From: Granulosicoccus sp.
GTDB lineage: Bacteria; Pseudomonadota; Gammaproteobacteria; Granulosicoccales; Granulosicoccaceae
Direction: 5' to 3'
Length of the DNA stretch: 64,000 bases
Assembly: GCA_047634635.1 (NCBI GenBank)
Contig: JBLIIE010000003.1
Coordinates: 4,810-68,809 of the forward strand
Below the pieces are notes generated by a model. It was not told the origin of the DNA. It worked only from the letters and a program-made list of their open reading frames with translations, and did no database searches. Position numbers and translations under genes: made by a program. Of this stretch, positions 19,899-28,865 are shown one piece after another; position 1 is the first letter of the stretch; each line of letters starts with the position of its first letter.

Positions 19899-20195
19899 AT
19901 GACAAACGTTGCTCGTTGCACAGTATTAAAAGCAGGTATTAGCACTTTGGGCGGCTTATCTGCCGCAGCCGCATATAACTCGAATGCACTTGCCCAATCT
20001 TTGACTGATACCTATGAAACAGTCAATGGTGAGTTCTCAGTGCACCCTGTTTCACATGCTTCCAAGGCGTTGAATACCGTTAACGGTGTGATTTATGTCG
20101 ACCCAGTTGGTAGAGCTGATCTGGATGTCTTTGAAGCGCTATTAGCCGAACACAATAAAGATATCAAAGTCGTTCGTGACGCCCGGTACGCCTAG
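19899..20195 (+). pseudogene. Tat-exported MBL-fold metallo-hydrolase with an in-frame internal deletion
   Basis: Degenerate Tat leader (ARCTVLK) and family N-terminus (HPVSHAS...VIYVDPVG) are joined directly to a C-terminal-like tail (ADLDVFEALL...IKVV...Y). No HxHxDH core; only 98 aa. Confidence 0.6.
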
Positions 20196-20340
20196 AACGT
20201 CTCAATATCCAGGCTTATCTAAAATGCCAGGATACAAGTTTGTGAGAACTCTCTCAGCGTTAAAATAAATGTTGAATTCACTGAGAGGCGTTGCAAGTTT
20301 TAAGCGTACTCTCACGTCAGACTCACTAATACTGTAGAAG

Positions 20341-21576
20341 TTGAAAACTATGTGGAAGCTAGGTAGTTTGGCCTTGGTAGTAGGGTTGGCGGTATTTATG
20401 TGGTTTCGAATGAACCCCGCCCAACCAACAGACGCTCCACAAAGCCTTACGTTGCAAGCTGTGGCAAACACAGATAGTGCCAATCAGGCTGCCGGCGGCA
20501 GAACTAAACCTGCTCAGACTGGTGACGGCGAAGGTAGGCCTACTACTGGCAACGGCAGTGGTAAACCTGCTCAGACTACCGGAGGTTCTGGGCGCTCTTC
20601 GCCAGCAGGTAGCGGCAAACCGGGTGGTAGACCTCCGGCACTTGTCGTAACCAGCACTGTCACAACAGCATTAATCAATGATCGGTTAAAAGCCATAGGA
20701 AGCGGAACTGCCGTTGCGTCTGTCAGTGTAGTACCGCTATCGAGCGGTATACTTACCGAAGTATTGGTGACCGCCGGACAGCGCGTCCAAAGTGGTGACA
20801 TTCTCGCCCTTCTGGAGAACGAGTCTGAATTGATAGCACGCGACCGAGCGTCTAGGGCTGCAACTGACGCAGCCACAGATGCCGCCAGATTGACAAAACT
20901 CTACCAATCCAACACTAGCACTGAGGTAGAACTTAACAGAGCAAAAGCGTCGCTTGCAGATGCTGAACTCGGCTTGCGTGAGGCTGAATTGAAATTGACA
21001 AGACGAACCGTAACTGCACCTATATCCGGGATGGTCGGGTTAATACCTGTGGACAAAGGCAATTACGTGACAACTCAAACTGAGCTGATTACCATTGATG
21101 ACCGCTCAACGATTATCGTTGAATTTTGGATTCCAGAAACATTTGCCAACCAGATCAGTCTTAACCAACCTATTGATGCCATTGCGCTTGCTGATCCGGG
21201 CAAGACCTACAAAGGCACAGTCAGTGGAATCGGTAGCCGTATAGAAACAGACAGCCGCACGCTACCGGTACAAGCAAGGCTAGACAACAGCTCGGACAGA
21301 TTACGCCCCGGAATGTCGTTCGAGTTAACGCTGAAATTTGCAGGGCAAGAATACCCAGCCATAGATCCCCTCTCTGTGCAATGGGATTCGAACGGGTCAT
21401 ACATTTGGCGTGTCGTGGAAGGCAAAGTGCAACGCGTGTCTGTAACCATTATTCAACGCAATCCCGAGTCTGTTTTAGTCAATGCAGACATTGCAACTGG
21501 CGAGTCGATTGTCAGGGAAGGGTTAATTTCACTAAGACCTGGAGCATCAGTCCGAACAGGAAATGGTCGACCATGA
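20341..21576 (+). CDS. RND efflux membrane-fusion protein
   Basis: N-terminal TM; lipoyl-like VTAGQRVQSGDIL; APISGMVG; LRPGM. Start is TTG 20341 or ATG 20350. Confidence 0.93.
   Translation: MKTMWKLGSLALVVGLAVFMWFRMNPAQPTDAPQSLTLQAVANTDSANQAAGGRTKPAQTGDGEGRPTTGNGSGKPAQTTGGSGRSSPAGSGKPGGRPPALVVTSTVTTALINDRLKAIGSGTAVASVSVVPLSSGILTEVLVTAGQRVQSGDILALLENESELIARDRASRAATDAATDAARLTKLYQSNTSTEVELNRAKASLADAELGLREAELKLTRRTVTAPISGMVGLIPVDKGNYVTTQTELITIDDRSTIIVEFWIPETFANQISLNQPIDAIALADPGKTYKGTVSGIGSRIETDSRTLPVQARLDNSSDRLRPGMSFELTLKFAGQEYPAIDPLSVQWDSNGSYIWRVVEGKVQRVSVTIIQRNPESVLVNADIATGESIVREGLISLRPGASVRTGNGRP
20505..20577 (+). repeat. 16-nt direct repeat in the low-complexity linker of the MFP
   Basis: TAAACCTGCTCAGACT at 20505-20520 and 20562-20577, encoding KPAQT twice. 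Confidence 0.85.
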
Positions 21577-24500
21577 GCGGCATAAATTCCAACGCAAGCA
21601 CAACGGCCAATGTTGAGGGTGTCGGAGAAGGAATAACGGCGATTTTTGTGAGGCGCCCAGTGCTCGCAATGGTGTTGAGCCTGTTAATTGTCGTAGCAGG
21701 ATTGGCAGCGTTTTCTGGCGTCGAAGTGCGAGAACTTCCTGCTGTCGACAGCCCTGTCATCACTATAACAACGACCTTCAGCGGCGCGTCTCCAGAAACA
21801 ATTGATCGGGAAGTCACAGCAGTAATTGAGTCTGCTGCTGGTCGTGTTCCCGGGGTCAAATCCATTTCGTCATCTTCATCATTCGGAAGAAGCCGGGTAA
21901 CGGTCGATTTCCGTGAATCAGTGAATCTGGATTTTGCTGCCTCAGATATGAGAGACGCTATATCACGAGTCTCCAGAGACTTGCCAGACGATGTCGATGA
22001 CCCACGTATTGTGAAAGCTGACAGCGATGCACAGCCGATTATGCGCCTTGCTTTGACATCAGCAACAATGAGCGCTGAAGAGATGACTTTAGTTGTCGAG
22101 AACCAGGTACTCGATGACTTTACTGCCATCAACGGTGTAGCTGATCTTCAAGTATACGGGGATCGCGAACAGGTTTTCAGAATCGACGTAGACCAGACAA
22201 AGCTCGCCAGCAGAGGGTTGAGCGTAGCAGACTTGACGCGGGCATTGTCTAGCGCTGCTTTTGATACACCTGCGGGTTCACTGTCTAGCGACACTCAAAG
22301 CCTGTCCGTTCGAGCAAGTGCTACTATCGCATCAGCTGAAGAATTTCAGCAATTGCTCATCAACGACCGCACTCGTATTGGTGATGTCGCCTTCGTCACG
22401 CTGGGCCCAGATACTGGAGCAACGGCATTACGAGCCAACGGCCGAACCGGCATTGGCTTTGGCATCCTGAAACAAGCGGGATCAAACACACTGAGCATTT
22501 CGAAAGAAGTGCATGCAGCAGCCGATGCAATACGACCTACTCTTCCACCAGGAATGGACATTCAAGTGACGAGTGATGATGCCGTATTCATAAACGGCTC
22601 TATCAAGGAAGTTCTTTTTTCCCTGGCTTTAGCAGTCACCATTGTTATCTCCATAATATTTATCTTTCTCCTCAATTGGCGGGCCACACTCATTCCAGCG
22701 ATAACCATGCCGGTTGCGCTTATCGGCACGGTTGCTGGAATTTGGCTTGCCGGATTTTCTATAAACATATTGACCCTGTTGGCTTTGCTACTAGCAACTG
22801 GAATGGTTGTCGATGACGCGATTGTTGTTTTAGAGAATATTGTCAGTCGACGAAATGCCGGTTTGGGACCACGTGCTGCAGCAGTTATAGGCACACGCCA
22901 AGTTTTCTTCGCCGTTATAACCACTACCGCAGTTTTAGCCGCAGTATTTATTCCACTCTCATTCTTGCCTGGAAAAGCAGGTGGCTTATTTCGAGAATTC
23001 GGTTTCGTACTTGCCATATCAGTAACCATTTCATCAATCGTCGCGCTGTCACTGTGCCCCATGTTGGCTTCAAAAATACTGACAAACAAAACAACGGACG
23101 TATCTGCTGATCAGGCAAAAGGGATCACTGGAGTGGTTAGACGACTGGGTCATCGCAGTGCTCGGCTGTACACGAGAATTCTGCGTATGTGCCTGGATTT
23201 TCCTTTTGTCGTTGTCACTGCTGCCATCATTATTGCGGGATTGGCGTGGCAGACTCTATCAGCAGTGCCTGAAGAACTGACTCCTCGAGAAGACCGATCA
23301 GTGGCACTACTGAGGATCTCAGCGCCACAGGGTGTCAGCCTGGAATACACCACTTCACAGATGAAAAAAATTGAAGAGCTCATTCAGCCGTTTGTCGACA
23401 ACGGTGAAGCGAAAAACGTATTTTCTATATCTGGCCAAGGTGGTAGGACTAATGGCGGTTTTATGGTGGTGACCTTAAAACCTTGGGACGAACGTGAACG
23501 CAGTCAAGCAGAGATTGTTAGTGAGCTAAATCGAGGCCTATTTGGAATCCCGGGAGTCCGCGCCTTTGCAATTCAACCCAACAGCCTGGGAATACGGGGT
23601 GCTGGCTCAGGCTTGAAGGTCGCCATAGCGGGTAACAGCTACGATGTGCTGGCAAAGCGCGGTGATCAGCTCGTTGAAGCACTGGAGAGAAATCCCAAAT
23701 TTGGTCGAGTAGGCTTAAGCTACGAAAAGAATCAGGCTCAATTATCCATCAACATTAATAGAGAACGAGCCTCGGACTTGGGAATTGCCATCGATGGACT
23801 GGCAGCAGCAATGCAGTCTGTACTCGACGGTCGCACATTAGGCGATGTCTTTATCGAAGATAGAGCGGTGCCCGTAAAACTTGTTTCCAGTACCCAACCC
23901 ATCAACGACCCTACAGATTTGGCAAATCTGTTCTTGAAAACAGGCGATGGCAGGATTGTTCCTATGTCTTCAATCGCAACTCTCACTGAATCATCCATCG
24001 CTCCGTCCTTACCTCGGGAAGAAAGATTCAGAGCTGTCACTGTAACCGCAAGCCTGACACCAGAAATGTCTCTTAGAGAGGGCATGACCGAACTCGAGCG
24101 CCTTGCTGCTCCAATACTAGATGCGGATATGAGATTGATTCCACTTGCCGAGGCTGCAACACTCAATGAAACCTCTAGTGGCTTAGCGCTGACTTTCGGT
24201 TTCGCTCTGGTCATTGTGTTTCTGGTTTTAGCCGCTCAATTCGAAAGCTTTCTGAGCGCCTTGATTATCATGTTCACAGTACCTCTGGGACTAGCCAGTG
24301 CTGTGTTCGCACTGTATTTCTCAGGCACCAGTTTCAACATTTACAGCCAGATAGGCTTGGTGCTTCTCGTGGGAATCATGTCGAAGAACGGAATACTGAT
24401 TGTTGAGTTTGCTAATCAGCTTCGAGATGAAGGGCTGTCCGTGAAAGAGGCGGCTTTGCAGGCTGCAACAAGAAGACTCCGACCCGTCACAATGACCATG

Positions 24501-24725
24501 TTCTCCACAGTGCTGGGTGGAGTGCCTCTTGTTTTAGCATCAGGAGCTGGTGCAGAAGCACGGATCGCCTTGGGCTGGGTCATCGTTGGCGGGTTGGGTA
24601 TGGCGACTCTATTCACCCTATTCCTGACTCCTGTTGCTTATCAATTATTAGCTGGATTTTCTGCTCCCAAAGTTCAGAGCGATAAACGACTTGCCGACGA
24701 ACTTCAACAAGCCACAGCACTATAA
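21573..24725 (+). CDS. RND efflux permease (AcrB/AcrD/AcrF family)
   Basis: FVRRPVLA, GMVVDDAIVVLEN, SKNGILIVEFA and RLRPVTMT. Start ATG 21573 overlaps the MFP stop (ATGA). Confidence 0.95.
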   Translation: MSGINSNASTTANVEGVGEGITAIFVRRPVLAMVLSLLIVVAGLAAFSGVEVRELPAVDSPVITITTTFSGASPETIDREVTAVIESAAGRVPGVKSISSSSSFGRSRVTVDFRESVNLDFAASDMRDAISRVSRDLPDDVDDPRIVKADSDAQPIMRLALTSATMSAEEMTLVVENQVLDDFTAINGVADLQVYGDREQVFRIDVDQTKLASRGLSVADLTRALSSAAFDTPAGSLSSDTQSLSVRASATIASAEEFQQLLINDRTRIGDVAFVTLGPDTGATALRANGRTGIGFGILKQAGSNTLSISKEVHAAADAIRPTLPPGMDIQVTSDDAVFINGSIKEVLFSLALAVTIVISIIFIFLLNWRATLIPAITMPVALIGTVAGIWLAGFSINILTLLALLLATGMVVDDAIVVLENIVSRRNAGLGPRAAAVIGTRQVFFAVITTTAVLAAVFIPLSFLPGKAGGLFREFGFVLAISVTISSIVALSLCPMLASKILTNKTTDVSADQAKGITGVVRRLGHRSARLYTRILRMCLDFPFVVVTAAIIIAGLAWQTLSAVPEELTPREDRSVALLRISAPQGVSLEYTTSQMKKIEELIQPFVDNGEAKNVFSISGQGGRTNGGFMVVTLKPWDERERSQAEIVSELNRGLFGIPGVRAFAIQPNSLGIRGAGSGLKVAIAGNSYDVLAKRGDQLVEALERNPKFGRVGLSYEKNQAQLSININRERASDLGIAIDGLAAAMQSVLDGRTLGDVFIEDRAVPVKLVSSTQPINDPTDLANLFLKTGDGRIVPMSSIATLTESSIAPSLPREERFRAVTVTASLTPEMSLREGMTELERLAAPILDADMRLIPLAEAATLNETSSGLALTFGFALVIVFLVLAAQFESFLSALIIMFTVPLGLASAVFALYFSGTSFNIYSQIGLVLLVGIMSKNGILIVEFANQLRDEGLSVKEAALQAATRRLRPVTMTMFSTVLGGVPLVLASGAGAEARIALGWVIVGGLGMATLFTLFLTPVAYQLLAGFSAPKVQSDKRLADELQQATAL

Positions 24726-24765
24726 ACTACATTCGTCGGCACACGCTTAGCACCAACAAAGTCAA

Positions 24766-25827
24766 ATGGATTCACTATCTCAGATAGTTCTGGGCGCATC
24801 GGTTGCGCACCTGTCACTTGGCTCAAAGTTAGGACGAGGAGCCCTGCTAGTAGGGGCCGCCCTCGGAACACTGCCGGACTTGGATGTACTCATCCCGTAT
24901 GACGGAGCAATCGCCAACTTCACCTACCATCGAAGTTTTAGTCATTCATTATTTATATTGACACTTGTTAGTTTCCCCATAGCCTGGATGTGTCAAAACT
25001 TCTACATACGTTTCTGGCAGTCTAAGGTAATCCCCTATTCACAATGGTGGCTAGGATGCTGGTCGGTTTTAATCACCCATCCACTTCTGGATGGATTTAC
25101 GATATACGGCACACAACTACTTTGGCCGCTAACAACACCGCCCGTAGCATGGGGTTCGGCATTCATTATCGATCCCTTGTACACAGTGCCGCTACTCGTA
25201 GGCGTAGTGATTGCGTACAGAAAGTCCTGGGTGGTAGCAAAACCATTTGTTATTAGCGGCCTGGCAATAAGTAGTTGCTACTTAGCCTGGACACTATTCG
25301 CTCAAATGCATATCAGGCAATTGGTAGAGGATAATCTGAGAGACACACAGGTAAATGCAAGTCGTATCTTGATTGCACCCTTTCCCTTTTCCTTGTTGTG
25401 GCGCGTTGTCGTCATCACAGATTCACAGTACCTAGAAGGGTATAGCTCATTGCTTGATAACTCAAAAACGCTAAAACTCGACAGTTATAATAACGGTAAA
25501 GTTGAATGTGCCATATGGCTTACACACGCCCCTATTCAACGACTGGATTGGTTTACGGAAGGCGCATTTGCTCTCTCAGTACAGAACAATCAACTGATTG
25601 CCTCTGACTTGAGGATGGGAATAGAAGATGACTATGTTTTCGAGTTTGAAATTGCCGAATGGGAAGACGGAAACTGGCAAGCCATAAAGACTCGCCAGCG
25701 TCCTGTCGATATTAACGGCGCAAGAATGAAATTGCTGTTCAATCGTATTGTCGACTCGGAAATAGATCTGGCCCCGTTGGATAATAACTTACGAACCGTT
25801 ACCACCAACTGCGAGCCTGGCGGGTAA
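24766..25827 (+). CDS. Inner-membrane metal-dependent hydrolase (YdjM-like)
   Basis: MDSLSQ..LGA, LPDLD, HRSFSHS, THPLLDGFT.YGTQL and IIDPLYT. Confidence 0.88.
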   Translation: MDSLSQIVLGASVAHLSLGSKLGRGALLVGAALGTLPDLDVLIPYDGAIANFTYHRSFSHSLFILTLVSFPIAWMCQNFYIRFWQSKVIPYSQWWLGCWSVLITHPLLDGFTIYGTQLLWPLTTPPVAWGSAFIIDPLYTVPLLVGVVIAYRKSWVVAKPFVISGLAISSCYLAWTLFAQMHIRQLVEDNLRDTQVNASRILIAPFPFSLLWRVVVITDSQYLEGYSSLLDNSKTLKLDSYNNGKVECAIWLTHAPIQRLDWFTEGAFALSVQNNQLIASDLRMGIEDDYVFEFEIAEWEDGNWQAIKTRQRPVDINGARMKLLFNRIVDSEIDLAPLDNNLRTVTTNCEPGG

Positions 25828-25849
25828 TTCATTAACGCCTTTCGCCAGA

Positions 25850-27478
25850 TTACCTAAATGACCCACTAATACGACGACCTACCCGGGATAGGTGAATCTG
25901 TCTCAAGTAAAGCACAAAGGTCAATAACAAGAGCGCCCACCATACGAGTGCACCTCCACCTGACTTACCTTTCGCCGCAAAGTTAGTAGTCGCATCTTCG
26001 ACAGTCACAATTATTGAGCTTGTGACAGCGTCACCATTGAGGTTGGACGCGTCTGCCCAAATACCTACTGAGTATAAGCCAGTCGCTGCGGGGGTGATGC
26101 CAAAATCTAATGATATCTGAGCATCTGAAGCGATCATCTCATAGCTGCATTGAATTTCAGTGATGCCAATGCATTCGACTGGCAGACTGCTCATTATGAG
26201 CCCAGCGGGAATACTGATACTCAATTCAACATCAGTGGCAGCACCAGGACCGCTGTTGCGTGCTACAGCGACAACACGGGTTTCAATATTACTCTGCCAA
26301 GCAAGGTTAGAGTCTGACAACTGCAACGTCAGAGCACTTAAAGAACTCCCATCATCTGTCACATTGACACTTTGCTTTGCAGCGTCATTATTCTGAACCC
26401 CATCAACACTGCTCGTGTCTATGAATGCAGAAATTTCAAGCGTACCGCTTTGCAGAGGCTCCAATGTGAATTCATATTCTATATTGCCCTCTTCCCCAGC
26501 CCACGATGGAGAAACTGTACCCAATTCACAACTAATGGAAGTTCCACTGATTTCGCAGCCTTCATGAAGTTCCGTGACATTCCATTGAGTTCCGATTCCC
26601 TCTGCAACGCTTAACATGACATTAGAAGCGCTGTCATACCCATCATTATTGCGAACAATAATAGATACCATTACTGACGAGTCCAAGCCAATTTCAGCTT
26701 GACTGACAGCTGAACTCACCGCCATATCTACAACATCATCAACGTTCTCCAGACTACCATCGACACAAGTAATGTCATCACTGTCCGTCGGACTGCAGAT
26801 ACGCATGTTTTCAGAAAGATCCTTTATCAGCATGATCCTGTCCGCTTCAAAGCCATCTTCGCGAGGCGTTAGCTTGAAGGTGTTCTGACCCGCTTCAGGG
26901 ACCGTAATCCAGATGGTTTTTTTGGCACCACAGGCACCAGCGCCACCCGAATTACGTTGTCGACCTGACCACTGCCATCCTTGACCTGCAGTACAGAATT
27001 GCATTCGTCTTCCACTGTCAGGCCAACTGTCATTTATTCCTACATGTATACCGTTGTCTTCAGTGCCTGTCGAATAGGCTCGGATATGAACATAGTACCT
27101 ACCAGCTTCGGGGAAGTTCATCGTGTATTGGGCCTCTGGCCCATCACCTGGCTCATGCCAAATCGCAGTTGGCGGCCCAAATTCATCTTCATGGGTTACA
27201 CGCATGTCTGGTAACAGTTCAATATAAGCGCCCCCAACAGCACCATCTGAATGATTATCATCAGGATCATTTTCCTGCTCTGGTGTACTGGCATTCATCA
27301 ATACCCAACGTTCAGCGCGGCTATCATCAGATTCCGCCTCAAACACCAGTGCAATGTAATCTTCAGTGACTCGCTCATCTGCTGATACACCGGCAATCAG
27401 TACAACTTGTAACAGCGCACTCCACACAGCAAGGGACAAAAGCCTAGAGATTCCCAAAACCATCAACCGCAGCTCCAT
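25850..27478 (-). CDS. Secreted protein: jelly-roll/CBM-like domain, two DUF11-like Ig domains and a GlyGly-CTERM anchor
   Basis: Signal peptide; EAE...AGRYYVHIRA...EDNG...REDGFEADR domain; VRNN...ASNVMLS and ARNSGPGAATDVELS DUF11-like motifs; C-terminus KSGGGALVWWALLLL. Confidence 0.72.
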   Translation of the reverse strand: MELRLMVLGISRLLSLAVWSALLQVVLIAGVSADERVTEDYIALVFEAESDDSRAERWVLMNASTPEQENDPDDNHSDGAVGGAYIELLPDMRVTHEDEFGPPTAIWHEPGDGPEAQYTMNFPEAGRYYVHIRAYSTGTEDNGIHVGINDSWPDSGRRMQFCTAGQGWQWSGRQRNSGGAGACGAKKTIWITVPEAGQNTFKLTPREDGFEADRIMLIKDLSENMRICSPTDSDDITCVDGSLENVDDVVDMAVSSAVSQAEIGLDSSVMVSIIVRNNDGYDSASNVMLSVAEGIGTQWNVTELHEGCEISGTSISCELGTVSPSWAGEEGNIEYEFTLEPLQSGTLEISAFIDTSSVDGVQNNDAAKQSVNVTDDGSSLSALTLQLSDSNLAWQSNIETRVVAVARNSGPGAATDVELSISIPAGLIMSSLPVECIGITEIQCSYEMIASDAQISLDFGITPAATGLYSVGIWADASNLNGDAVTSSIIVTVEDATTNFAAKGKSGGGALVWWALLLLTFVLYLRQIHLSRVGRRISGSFR

Positions 27479-27665
27479 GTTTACCTAAATTGAAATAACG
27501 CCATATAGCTAAAAGATATCGGCAATTTCTTGAATTTTGAGAGTCGACTCGTTCAGGTTTCTAGCAGGTCAATACAGGCTAATCATTGCGGCTAGTTCAT
27601 TCGGCGAAGAGCCAGGATAATTGGCAGACCAAGAACAACCTAAACCACACACCTTTCCAGGCTCA

Positions 27666-28691
27666 CTACTTCCGCGGGTAACGACTAGTCAGCATAATCA
27701 CGGCAAACAGCCTTAGTCTGAATAGAAAACCCTTTCTAACCATATCCGATTCAAGTAGGTAGGAAAAACTGCGCAGACGTGATTGTTTGAAGCTCAGGTA
27801 GTGTCTAAATGATTCCATCTGCTTCCAATCGTCGACATCTAAATCAGGAAACTTTTCTGCGTTATCCAATAGATTGTTTAACGTGTGAAGTCGAGTATCT
27901 TCCTTAAACGGAAGTTTGAAATCCCGGCTCCACAGTTTTTTCCAAGTTGCATTAGACAATACAGCTTGGTAGCCCTTACGCATGGAACTGGCAGTGTTAC
28001 TCGCATTCTGCGTATGTAAACGGTAATTCACCATAGGTACATCTAGCATCGCTCGATGACCATACAACTCGGCCAACAGAGCTATCCAGTAATCGTGAAC
28101 ATGAAGCTGATCAGGGAAAGGCAAACACAACTTTGCCATCGCTTGATTCATCAGAACAGTGTTTCCCATTACTCCATTCTCACCTAGAATTATTCCTAGA
28201 TTCCGATGACTATTGATGCGGTAGTGTCTGAAAGCTAAAAACGACTGGTGAAGTAACCGTCCATCTGCATCGATAAGACGAAGGTCGGAATGAATTAATA
28301 GCGGTACATTCATACCGTGATTTCTCTCCAGTTCAGCCATCTTGCGCATACCACAAGCGACACGTCCTTTTTCCCAGATATCATCCTGATCAGACAATGC
28401 AATATAGGATGCCCCAGATTCTAAAGCCCGGTTAAGCGTTGCCTCAAAGTTACGGACATAGCCCTGGTTGCTTGCTTGTATTACTAGCGAATCTACCTCA
28501 GGACGCAGTAAATCAGACAGTCGCTTGGCGGTACCATCAGATGACAGATCATCAGATGCGAAAATGGAAACGGATTGTTCTTGCGCTAGAAGAGAATTAA
28601 TCTGCTCATCCAGATAGCAAGTCCCATTGTATGTGCACAGGACGACCGCGACTTCTGCGGCAGATGAGTGTTTAGGTACGGATTGGGACAT
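27666..28691 (-). CDS. Glycosyltransferase family 2 (rhamnosyltransferase-like)
   Basis: CTYNG..YL.EQINSL, DDLSSD, ALSDQDDIW, HSDL, HDYWI and YRLH..N. Confidence 0.92.
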   Translation of the reverse strand: MSQSVPKHSSAAEVAVVLCTYNGTCYLDEQINSLLAQEQSVSIFASDDLSSDGTAKRLSDLLRPEVDSLVIQASNQGYVRNFEATLNRALESGASYIALSDQDDIWEKGRVACGMRKMAELERNHGMNVPLLIHSDLRLIDADGRLLHQSFLAFRHYRINSHRNLGIILGENGVMGNTVLMNQAMAKLCLPFPDQLHVHDYWIALLAELYGHRAMLDVPMVNYRLHTQNASNTASSMRKGYQAVLSNATWKKLWSRDFKLPFKEDTRLHTLNNLLDNAEKFPDLDVDDWKQMESFRHYLSFKQSRLRSFSYLLESDMVRKGFLFRLRLFAVIMLTSRYPRK

Positions 28692-28766
28692 ATAAGTGAT
28701 TCAGCAATTAAAAGGCCATGATGGGTCATTCAATACGCGATGGCCCACTCCTTGCACCAAGTAACC

Positions 28767-28825
28767 CCATCAATGTGGTCTGATAAGTGATTGATGGCAC
28801 ATCATCAATTGGGTTTTTCATCAAT
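28767..28825. promoter_or_regulatory. Candidate operator: four copies of CATCAAT, including a 7-6-7 inverted repeat, between the divergent glycosyltransferase genes
   Basis: CATCAAT at 28768-28774, 28803-28809 and 28819-28825; its reverse complement ATTGATG at 28790-28796. Confidence 0.35.
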
Positions 28826-28865
28826 GGCACATATCACAATCAACAGTGGATCTTAGCTTGTAATA

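Noticed and set aside
28794-28835. Sigma-54 promoter (TGGCAC boxes)
   Set aside because: No TTGC at the -12 spacing.
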